From: an uncultured Gemmatimonadales bacterium
GTDB lineage: Bacteria > Gemmatimonadota > Gemmatimonadetes > Longimicrobiales > Longimicrobiaceae
Assembly (NCBI GenBank): GCA_963716255.1
Contig: OY970303.1
Location: 7,296,001 to 7,360,000, forward strand
Direction of reading: 5' to 3'
Length of the DNA stretch: 64,000 nt
A program made the translations under genes and the position numbers. Positions 18,753 through 26,956 of this stretch are shown here, piece after piece (positions within the stretch are counted from its first letter, which is position 1; the number at the start of each line of letters is the position of its first letter). The notes under the pieces were generated by a model, which had not been told where the DNA came from, ran no database searches, and saw nothing but the letters and a program-made list of their open reading frames with translations.

Positions 18753-20026
18753 GGCATCCCCCGCGTGGCCGTGCGGTAGGCGGCGAGCGTCTGCCGGGTG
18801 CAGCGGTCCCAGCTGAACTCCGCGGCGCGGCGGAGCGAGAGGGCACGGAGCCGGTCGCGGAGCGCGCCGTCGCCGAGCAGCCGGAGCACGGCTTCGCGGA
18901 GCGCGGCCTCGTCGCCGGGCTCCACCAGGATCCCGGCGTCTCCCACCACCTCGGGGATCGAGGAGGCGCGGGTGGCGATCACCGGGGTGCCGCACTGCAT
19001 CGCCTCCAGCGGCGGCAGCCCGAAGCCCTCGTAGAGCGAGGGGTAGAGGAGCGCGAGCGCGCCGCCGTAGAGCGCCGCCAGATCCTCGTCGGCCACGAAG
19101 CCGGCGAGGACCACCCGCGCGCCGCCCCGCTCCGCTTCCGCGAGCGCCCCGCGAAGGTCCGCGTCGTCGGGCAGCGGGCCGGCGACCACCAGCGCCAGGC
19201 CGCGCGCCCCGTCCTCGCGGACCGCGCCGGCGAAGGCGCGCACCGCCGCGCCCAGGTTCTTGCGGCGGTCCGCGCCGCCCAGCGCCAGCAGGTACGGCGC
19301 GTCCCCCATCCCCAGGTGGCCCCGCAGCGCCGCGGCGCGGGCCGCGCCCGCGCCGGGGTGGAAGAGGCGCGGGTCCGCCGCGAGCGGGACCACGAACACG
19401 CGCTCCGGGTCCACGCCCCCCAGCTCCTCCAGGTCGCGGCGGGTGGCCCGGGAGGTGGTGATCACCCGGTCCCCCGGGCGGAGGCCGGCGATCCTCGCCT
19501 CGGCGAGGTGGCGCTGCCGCGCCCCGTACAGGTGGGGGAGCCGCAGGGGGGCGAGGTCGTAGATGTTCACCAGCCGCTGCGGCGGCCTCCCCCGGCGCGG
19601 CGGCGGCGGGAGGCGCGCGCCCAGCGAGTGGAACACGTCCACGCCGGGCGACGCATCGCGCACGGGGGGGTGCAGCCTGCCGTCCACGCGCTGGGCGCCG
19701 TCGCGGAGGAAGCCGGGGAGCACTCCGCCCGGGAAGAGCGGGCGGAGCGAGCGGTGCACCGCCCGCGTGACCCGGCCCAGGCGGCCGCCGCCGCCCGCGG
19801 GCGGCGCCAGGAGCGGGAGGCCGCCCAGGGCCGGGCTGGAGCGCAGGTACTCCACGCAGCCGGCGAACGCGACGCTCGAATAGTTGGCGCACAGCAGCAG
19901 CTCGCACTCCCCGGAGCGCGCCAGCCCCTCGGCGAGGTGCTCGTGCACGCGGAAGGTGCCTCCACGCATCTCCGGAAACGCATGACCCAGACCCAGCACG
20001 GAAACGTTGAGCAGGACACGCATCAC
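18749..20026 (-). CDS. Glycosyltransferase family 4 (MtfB/WbaZ-like)
   Basis: RKNL, YPSLYEGFGLPPLEAMQCGTPVI, FSWDRC. Confidence 0.93.
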   Translation of the reverse strand: MMRVLLNVSVLGLGHAFPEMRGGTFRVHEHLAEGLARSGECELLLCANYSSVAFAGCVEYLRSSPALGGLPLLAPPAGGGGRLGRVTRAVHRSLRPLFPGGVLPGFLRDGAQRVDGRLHPPVRDASPGVDVFHSLGARLPPPPRRGRPPQRLVNIYDLAPLRLPHLYGARQRHLAEARIAGLRPGDRVITTSRATRRDLEELGGVDPERVFVVPLAADPRLFHPGAGAARAAALRGHLGMGDAPYLLALGGADRRKNLGAAVRAFAGAVREDGARGLALVVAGPLPDDADLRGALAEAERGGARVVLAGFVADEDLAALYGGALALLYPSLYEGFGLPPLEAMQCGTPVIATRASSIPEVVGDAGILVEPGDEAALREAVLRLLGDGALRDRLRALSLRRAAEFSWDRCTRQTLAAYRTATRGMP

Positions 20027-20200
20027 GTCGAGGCGGCGATGAAGAGGGCGGGAAGTTTCCCAAGGATACCCGCCCTTCCCGTTCCCGGCAACGCCCCGAC
20101 GCCCCCTTTGCCCGGTCTGCGTGCGCCGCTAGTATACGCGCTCGCCGGGCCCCGGTATCCGCCCGCCGGGCCTCCGCCTGCACGAAAGAACGACGAATCC

Positions 20201-21025
20201 ATGTACACGCTCGCTCACTCCGAAGCCCACGACGCCTCGGACCGGGAACGCTGGAAGTCGGCCATGCTGGTGGTCGGCCACCCGGGCCACGAGCTCCGCG
20301 TGCACGCGTGGATGGAGATCGCCCGCCCCACCGTCTGCGTCCTCACCGACGGCTCGGGGAGCAGCGGCGAGGGGCGCCTGGAATCCACCACCCGGGTGCT
20401 GGAGCGCACCGGAGCGCGTCCCGGCCCCGTCTACGGGCGGATGTCCGACCGCGACGTGTACACCGCCATCCTGGACCGCGACCTGGACCTTTTCCGCGGC
20501 CTGGCGGACGAGCTGTGCGCCGCGCTGGTGGCGCACGAGGCGGCCTGCGTGGTGGGCGACGCGGTGGAAGGGTACAACCCGTCCCACGACGTGTGCCGGC
20601 TGGTCATCAACGCCGCCGTGCGCATGGCGAGCCGCGCGCGGGGCGCCCGGATCGCCAACTACGACTTCGTGCTGGTGGGGTCCCCGGACGAGGTTCCCGA
20701 GGCGGCGCGCGAACGGGTCGTCCGGCTGTCGCTGGACGACGACGCGCTGGCGCGCAAGCTGGAATCCGCCGGCGCCTACCCGGAGCTGGCGGCCGAGGTG
20801 GAGGCGGCGCTCGCGAAGTTCGGGGTGGCGCCCTTCCAGCGGGAGCTCCTGCGCCCCGCGGACCTGGACGACCGGCTGGGGTGGCCGGGGGACGAGGTGC
20901 CCTTCTACGAGCGGCACGGCGAGAAGCGGGTCGCGGAAGGGGTGTACGACCGCGTGCTCCGCTTCCGGGAGCACGTCGTTCCCGTGGCGGAGGCACTCTG
21001 GAGCCACAGCACGCGCGGTGGCTGA
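20201..21025 (+). CDS. Hypothetical protein, distantly PIG-L/LmbE deacetylase-like
   Basis: LVVGHPGHE...LTDG...EGYNPSHD resembles the HPDDE...T.G...H.DH pattern. Product assignment is inference. Confidence 0.6.
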   Translation: MYTLAHSEAHDASDRERWKSAMLVVGHPGHELRVHAWMEIARPTVCVLTDGSGSSGEGRLESTTRVLERTGARPGPVYGRMSDRDVYTAILDRDLDLFRGLADELCAALVAHEAACVVGDAVEGYNPSHDVCRLVINAAVRMASRARGARIANYDFVLVGSPDEVPEAARERVVRLSLDDDALARKLESAGAYPELAAEVEAALAKFGVAPFQRELLRPADLDDRLGWPGDEVPFYERHGEKRVAEGVYDRVLRFREHVVPVAEALWSHSTRGG

Positions 21026-22187
21026 GCCGGGAGGGCGGGCGCTGCGCGTCCTGATCACCAACCGCACCCTCGCCACGCGGACGGGGACGGAGCTGTACGT
21101 GCGCGACCTGGCCTTCGCCCTGGCGGAGCGCGGGCACGCCCCGGTCGTGTACACCCCCCAGCCGGGCGACGTGGCGCGGGAGATCCGGGCCCGGACGATC
21201 CCGGTCACCGACGACCTCCTCGCCGTCGCCGAGCCGCCGGACGTCATCCACGGGCACCACGGGCTGGAAACGCTTGCCGCCCTGCTCGCCTTTCCCGGCG
21301 TCCCCGCGGTCGCGCTCTGCCACAGCTGGATCGGCTGGTCCGACGCGCCGCTCCCGTCCCCCCGGGTGCTCCGCTACGTGGCGGTGGACCACACCTGCCG
21401 CGACCGGCTCCGCTTCGAGCACGGCGTCCCGGACGAGCGCATCCGCGTGGTCCTCAACTCGGTGGACCTGGCCCGCTTCCGGCCGCGCCCCCCGCTCCCC
21501 GCGCGCCCCGGGCGGGCGCTCGTCTTCAGCAACGCCGCCGGGCCGGGACAGGCGCACCTGCCGGCGATCCAGGAGGCCTGCGCCGCCGCCGGGATCCGGG
21601 TGGAGGCGGTGGGCGCGTCCGCGGGGAAGTCGCTGGCCCGCCCGGAGGAGGCGCTGGGCGGCTACGACCTGGTGTTCGCCAAGGCCAGGGCCGCGCTGGA
21701 GGCCATGAGCGTGGGCGCGGCCGTCGTCCTGTGCGACGCGGTGGGCGCGGGGCCCATGGTGACCACCGCGAACCTGGACGGGCTCCGGCGGGTCAACTTC
21801 GGGATGCGGGCGCTCCGCCACCCGGTGACCCCCGCCTTCCTGGCCGGCGAGATCGCGCGCTACGACGCGGCGGACGCGGCGGCCGTTTCCCGGGCGGTGC
21901 GGGCGTCCGCGGGGACCGGCGCGATGGTGGACGAGCTGTGCGAGCTGTACGAGGAGGTGATCGCCGAGCACGCCGCCGCGGGTCCGGACGACCCGCTCGC
22001 GGAGCGGCGGGCCGCTGCCGCGTACCTCCAGCGGCTGTCCCCTCGCCTGCTCCAGCGCGACCTCCTGGCGAGCGCGTTCGGGGCGCTGCTGCGCAGGCCG
22101 CTCCTGGGGCGGCTCACCCGCCACGCGGCCGCGTCCTCGCGGCGCACGTGGATCGCGCAGCTCCTGCGGATGGATGGGCTGGACTGA
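21018..22187 (+). CDS. Glycosyltransferase (GT4-like N-terminal domain)
   Basis: LRVLITN...GTELYVRDLA..L..RGH, PDVIHGH, VVLNSVDL, ALEAM. Confidence 0.8.
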   Translation: MAEPGGRALRVLITNRTLATRTGTELYVRDLAFALAERGHAPVVYTPQPGDVAREIRARTIPVTDDLLAVAEPPDVIHGHHGLETLAALLAFPGVPAVALCHSWIGWSDAPLPSPRVLRYVAVDHTCRDRLRFEHGVPDERIRVVLNSVDLARFRPRPPLPARPGRALVFSNAAGPGQAHLPAIQEACAAAGIRVEAVGASAGKSLARPEEALGGYDLVFAKARAALEAMSVGAAVVLCDAVGAGPMVTTANLDGLRRVNFGMRALRHPVTPAFLAGEIARYDAADAAAVSRAVRASAGTGAMVDELCELYEEVIAEHAAAGPDDPLAERRAAAAYLQRLSPRLLQRDLLASAFGALLRRPLLGRLTRHAAASSRRTWIAQLLRMDGLD

Positions 22188-22209
22188 CCCCCCGGGCGGA
22201 CGGAGCGGG

Positions 22210-23478
22210 GTGACGCGGGTGCCGGCGCGGCTGCTGCGCTTCCTCCCGGCGCGCGGGGGGATGACGGGGGGACGCTGGGCCCTCCTCGCGCTCACCCTGT
22301 CGCTGGTGACGGGCGCGGGACGCTCCCTGATCGCCGCGCGCCTGATCGGCGCGCGCGAGGTGGGCGCCATGGGCATCGCCCTGCTGGTGCTCGCCGCCGC
22401 CGACGCGCTCACCGCGGGGGCGGCGGAGACGGCGCTGGTGAGCCACCCGGGCGACGCGGAGGCCGACCTGGACCCGGCGTTCACGCTGCGCGCGGCGCAG
22501 GGGGTCCTGGTGGCGGGGCTGCTGTGGGCGGCTGCGCCGGCCGTGGGCCGCTTCTTCGAGGCTCCAGGCACCGTGCCGCTGGTGCGGGCGCTCGCGCTGG
22601 TCCCGCTCCTCCGGGGGCTCGCCAACCCCGCGGCCGTCCTCCTGGTGCGGCGGATCGAGTTCCGGCGCCTGTTCTGGTGGGGGCTCCCGGAAGCGGTGGC
22701 CGGGACCGCGATCGTGGTCGCCGTGGGCCTCCTGCGGCGCGACGCGTGGGCGCTGGCGGCGTCGATGATCGGCTCGCAGGCAGTGGCCACCGCCGTGTCG
22801 TACGCCATGGCCCCGCGCGTCCCGCGCCTGGCGCTCGGCGGCCCCGGCCTCGCCCGTCTCCTGCACTACGGCCGGTGGATGCAGGGAACGCGGGTGCTCA
22901 TGTTCGCGGGCCTGTACCTGGACAACCTGCTGGTGGGAAAGCTGCTGGGCGCCTCCGCGCTGGGGATCTACCAGATCGCCTTCCGCATCGGCGAGATCCC
23001 CGTGGTCACCGTGGGCCGCGCGGCCGCGCAGGTCTCGCTTCCCGTGCTCACGCGGCTGCGGCGGCGGCCGGGCCGCCTGCGGCGCGAATACCTGGGCACG
23101 CTGCGCCTGGTCCTCGCGGTGAGCGCCGCCTTCGCGGCGGGGCTGGCTCTGGGCCTGCGGCCCGTGGTCGCCCGGCTGCTGGGACCGGAGTGGCTCCCCG
23201 CCGTCCCCGTGGCGCAGATCCTGGCCGCGGCGATGGTGTTCCGCGTCTCCATGATGCTGGCGACCCAGCTGTTCTACGCCATGGAGCGCCCGCGCTTCGT
23301 GTTCGCCGCCAACGCCGTGCGCGTGGCGGTGCTGGCGCTCACCATCCTCCCGCTGCTCCGCCTTCTCGGCGCGTCCGGGGTGGCGCTGTCGGTCCTCCTG
23401 TCGTGTGTCGCCGGAGCGCTGGTGTGCGCGGCGGGGACCCGCGCCTTCCTCGGGGCGGGGCCCGGCGGGCAGCCGTAG
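22210..23478 (+). CDS. Oligosaccharide flippase (Wzx/PST family)
   Basis: Polytopic hydrophobic protein with LDNLLVGKLLGASALGIYQIAFR and LLGPEWLPAVP motifs. Start could be 22174. Confidence 0.85.
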   Translation: MTRVPARLLRFLPARGGMTGGRWALLALTLSLVTGAGRSLIAARLIGAREVGAMGIALLVLAAADALTAGAAETALVSHPGDAEADLDPAFTLRAAQGVLVAGLLWAAAPAVGRFFEAPGTVPLVRALALVPLLRGLANPAAVLLVRRIEFRRLFWWGLPEAVAGTAIVVAVGLLRRDAWALAASMIGSQAVATAVSYAMAPRVPRLALGGPGLARLLHYGRWMQGTRVLMFAGLYLDNLLVGKLLGASALGIYQIAFRIGEIPVVTVGRAAAQVSLPVLTRLRRRPGRLRREYLGTLRLVLAVSAAFAAGLALGLRPVVARLLGPEWLPAVPVAQILAAAMVFRVSMMLATQLFYAMERPRFVFAANAVRVAVLALTILPLLRLLGASGVALSVLLSCVAGALVCAAGTRAFLGAGPGGQP

Positions 23479-23751
23479 CCGGGCGTCCCGCCGCGGACGG
23501 CCGCTCCCGGACGCCGTCCCCCTACGAGCCTCCAGCGCCCCGTCGGCCCGCCCCACGACGCCGGGCTCGGTCATGGGTGCTCCTGGTCCGGGGTTTCGCC
23601 GAGGGCGCGGATGCGCTCCCGCCAGCACCGCTCGAACGGACGCAGCCACTCGCCCGCCCCGGCGAGCGCGCCGGTGTTCAGGTGGTAGATGCGGCCTCGC
23701 GCCTTATACTTCTACTTTCGCCGACGTCGACCCGCTTCCGCCACCAGATCC

Positions 23752-26700
23752 ATGACCGGCAACAAGCTGCGCGACGACCTCCAGCGACAGATCGATGCGG
23801 GACAGGTGGTGGCGATCGTGGGCGCCGGAGTCTCTGTCGGCGCGACGAACGGCAAGCCCGAGGCGTCGTGGCTGGGGCTCCTGCACCACGGGGTGGACTT
23901 CTGCCGCGAACTGCCCACCACCGGCGTGACGGAGGCGTACGCGAAGATCCTCCACGACCAGGTGGACACGGGCGACCTGGACATGATGCTCGCCGCCGCG
24001 GAGGTGGTGTCCAGGAAGCTCGGTGCGCCTGGCGGGGGCGAGTGGCGGCGCTGGCTCCGGGAGAGCGTCGGCGGGCTCCGGGCCGAGCAGCGCGGCGTGA
24101 TCGAGGCGCTGCGGGACCTGGGGGTCACGGTGGCGACGACCAACTACGACGGCCTGATCGAGGAGGTGACCGGGCTTCCGGCGGTGACGTGGAGGGACGG
24201 CGCCGTCGTGGAGCGGGTGCTGCGCGGCGAGGAGGAGGGGGTTCTCCACCTGCACGGATACTGGAGAGAGCCCGAGTCGGTGGTGCTGGGCATCCGCGAC
24301 TACGCCAAGGTGCTGGGAGACGCGCACGCGCAGACGATGCAGCGCGCCATGCGGTCGCTGAAGACGCTGCTCTTTCTTGGATGCGGTGAGGGACTGGGCG
24401 ATCCCAACTTCGGCGCGCTGCTGCGGTGGTCGGAGGGAGTGTTCGCCGGCTCCGAGTACAGGCACTTCCGGCTCGCGCCGGACGGCGAGGTCGAGGAACT
24501 GCAGGCCAGGCATCCCGCCGAGCAACGGATCATGGTTCTTGGCTACGGCCCCGGCCACGGCGACCTCGCAGGCTTCCTGCGCGGCCTCCACCCCGCCGCG
24601 AAGACCGGCGTGACAAAGACGGGGCCGGGGGTGCCGATGGCTCCCGCCGCCGCGCTCCCGCCCGCGCCCATCTGCTTCGGGCGTGACGCGGAGGTCGAGG
24701 ACGTGGTGGCGACGCTGCTCGCCGACCGTCCCGAGCCGCTGTCCATCCTGGGACCGGCGGGGATCGGCAAGAGCACCATCACGCTGGTCGCGCTGAACGA
24801 TCCTCGCGTGGCCGAGCGCTACGGCGCGCGCCGGTTCTTCATCCGCTGCGACGCGGTGCGTACGCGCGAAGCCTTTGCCGCGGCGGTGGCAGGCGCACTC
24901 GGCATCCCGCTCGGTCCGCAGGTGGAGGCGGCCGTGACGACTGAATTGGCGTCAGCACCGGCGGCGCTAGCCCTAGACAACACCGAGACGCCGTGGGAGG
25001 CGGACACGCTCCGGGTGGAGGAACTGTTCGTCAGGCTCGCCGCGGTGCCGGGTCTGGCGCTCGTCGCCTCTTTACGCGGTGCCAGCCGGCCGGTGGGCGT
25101 GCGGTGGCGTCAATCGATCCAACCTCCGATCCTGCCGCTGCGCGACGCCCGAAAGGTCTTTCTCTCCATCACGGGCGACCAGTTCGCTGACGATCCGCAC
25201 CTCGATCGGCTGCTGCGCGCACTGGACGGTGTCCCCCTCGCCATCACACTCATGGCGAACGCCGCGGAGGGCCAGCCCGACCTGGCGGACACGTGGACAC
25301 GGTGGGAGACGGAGCGGACCCGGATGCTCCAGCGCGCCGGCGGAACGGACCGGCTGTTGAACATCGAGGCGTCGTACGAGATCTCCATTGCGGGGCCGCG
25401 CATGACCGACGAGGCGCGGCGGCTGCTGGCGATCCTTGGCTTCCTTCCTGGCGGTGTGGCGCACGGCGACATCGATGCCGTATTCCCGGAATACGGCGTC
25501 CGCGCGGCGGCGGTGCTGCGGCAGGTGGGGCTCGCGTTCGACGAGGCGCACCGCCTCCGTCTGCTCGCGCCACTTCGGGAGTACGTGCAGCGCGAGCATC
25601 CACCCCAGGCGGACGATCTGCAGGCAGCGCTCTCTCACTACCTTGGTCTGGCAACCTCACTTGGGGAGAAGACCGGAAAAGTAGGTGGTGCCGAGGCAGT
25701 CGCGCGTCTCACGCCCGAGGCCGAAAACATCGAAGCGGCCATTGTGTGGTCACTTGATACCGACAGCAGGACTGCCTTCGAAGCGGCCATCAACCTTGGC
25801 GAGTTTGCCCGTTTCACGGGCCTGGGAACTACGGCACCGCTCGAGAATGCGGCGATGAAGGCGAAAGCGGACGATGCCGTTGATCTCGCTGCCCGGTGCT
25901 GTTCTCGCGTGGGCGATATTGCTCTTGCACGCTCTGAGCACGAGAGTGCACGCACTCACTACGAGGAGGCGTTCCTGCTCTACAGGCGCGTCGGTGATGG
26001 CGGCGGCGAGGCTCACTGCATCAAATGCCTGGGAGACATCGCGTTTGCGCGCTCCGACCATGAGCATGCGCGCGCACGCTATGAGGAGGCGCTTCCGCTC
26101 TACAAGCGCATCGGTGGCACCCTCGGTGAGGCCAACTGCATCAAAGGCCTGGGTGGTGTCGCATTGGAGCACTCCGATTATGAGCGCGCGCGCATCCGCT
26201 TCGAGGAGGCGCTCCTGCTCTACAGGCGTGTCGGTGACACCCTTGGCGAGACCAACTGCATCAAGAGCCTGGGCGACATTGCCCGGGATTGTTCTGATTA
26301 CGAGAGCGCGCGCACGCGCTACGAGGAGGCGCTCCCGCTCTACAGGCGCTTAGGTGGCACCCTCGGCGAGGCAGACTGCATCAAAGGCCTGGGCGACATC
26401 GCCCAGGGGTGCTTCGACCTTGAAACCGCGCGCGTCAGCTACGAGGAGGCGCGCCTGCTCTACAGGCGCGTCGGTGACATCCGCGGAGAAGCCAATTGCA
26501 TCAAAAACCTGGGTAACGTCGCCCTGGGGCGCTCCGACCTTGAGAACGCATACATCCGCTACGAGGAGGCGCTGACGCTATATAGGCGTCTCAACTCTGT
26601 CCTGGGCGAGGCCAACTGCATGGCACGTCTGGGCGAAATCGCTGTTGCGCGCTTTGACCCGGAGACCGCGCGCGCACGGTTTGAAGAGGCACTTGAACTC

Positions 26701-26874
26701 TACGAGCGTATTACTGAGCCGTACTCTATCGGACGTGCACATGTTCGTCTTGCCGGGATTACCGTGGACGAGAGCCAGCGTCACCAGCACCTTACTGCTG
26801 CCAAAAATGCATGGCAGAGTATCGGGCGCGACGACCTCGTGCAGGGCCTGAGGGAAGAGTTCGGCGAGGAATGA
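23752..26874 (+). CDS. SIR2-like effector + STAND NTPase + TPR protein (NLR/Avs-like)
   Basis: SIR2 motifs VGAGVS, TTNYD, HLHG, LLFLGCG. Walker A GPAGIGKS, Walker B ALDNTE, GVPLAI. Seven 40-aa TPR-like repeats. Confidence 0.9.
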   Translation: MTGNKLRDDLQRQIDAGQVVAIVGAGVSVGATNGKPEASWLGLLHHGVDFCRELPTTGVTEAYAKILHDQVDTGDLDMMLAAAEVVSRKLGAPGGGEWRRWLRESVGGLRAEQRGVIEALRDLGVTVATTNYDGLIEEVTGLPAVTWRDGAVVERVLRGEEEGVLHLHGYWREPESVVLGIRDYAKVLGDAHAQTMQRAMRSLKTLLFLGCGEGLGDPNFGALLRWSEGVFAGSEYRHFRLAPDGEVEELQARHPAEQRIMVLGYGPGHGDLAGFLRGLHPAAKTGVTKTGPGVPMAPAAALPPAPICFGRDAEVEDVVATLLADRPEPLSILGPAGIGKSTITLVALNDPRVAERYGARRFFIRCDAVRTREAFAAAVAGALGIPLGPQVEAAVTTELASAPAALALDNTETPWEADTLRVEELFVRLAAVPGLALVASLRGASRPVGVRWRQSIQPPILPLRDARKVFLSITGDQFADDPHLDRLLRALDGVPLAITLMANAAEGQPDLADTWTRWETERTRMLQRAGGTDRLLNIEASYEISIAGPRMTDEARRLLAILGFLPGGVAHGDIDAVFPEYGVRAAAVLRQVGLAFDEAHRLRLLAPLREYVQREHPPQADDLQAALSHYLGLATSLGEKTGKVGGAEAVARLTPEAENIEAAIVWSLDTDSRTAFEAAINLGEFARFTGLGTTAPLENAAMKAKADDAVDLAARCCSRVGDIALARSEHESARTHYEEAFLLYRRVGDGGGEAHCIKCLGDIAFARSDHEHARARYEEALPLYKRIGGTLGEANCIKGLGGVALEHSDYERARIRFEEALLLYRRVGDTLGETNCIKSLGDIARDCSDYESARTRYEEALPLYRRLGGTLGEADCIKGLGDIAQGCFDLETARVSYEEARLLYRRVGDIRGEANCIKNLGNVALGRSDLENAYIRYEEALTLYRRLNSVLGEANCMARLGEIAVARFDPETARARFEEALELYERITEPYSIGRAHVRLAGITVDESQRHQHLTAAKNAWQSIGRDDLVQGLREEFGEE
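25912..26751 (+). repeat. Seven 120-bp coding repeats (TPR-like)
   Basis: G[DGNE][IV]A......AR...EEAL.LY.R......EANC...L-like units at 25912, 26032, 26152, 26272, 26392, 26512 and 26632. Confidence 0.9.
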
Positions 26875-26956
26875 TGGAGTTCCCGGTGCCCGATGGACGC
26901 GGGCTGAGAGTATCCCTTCCCCCTTCGACCTCGGCGACGGCGCGCGGCCGATCCCG

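Noticed and set aside
17394..20183. Single 929-aa ORF from the track
   Set aside because: Its N-terminal half is an off-frame overlap of the GT at 18749-20026. The real gene likely starts at TTG 18752.
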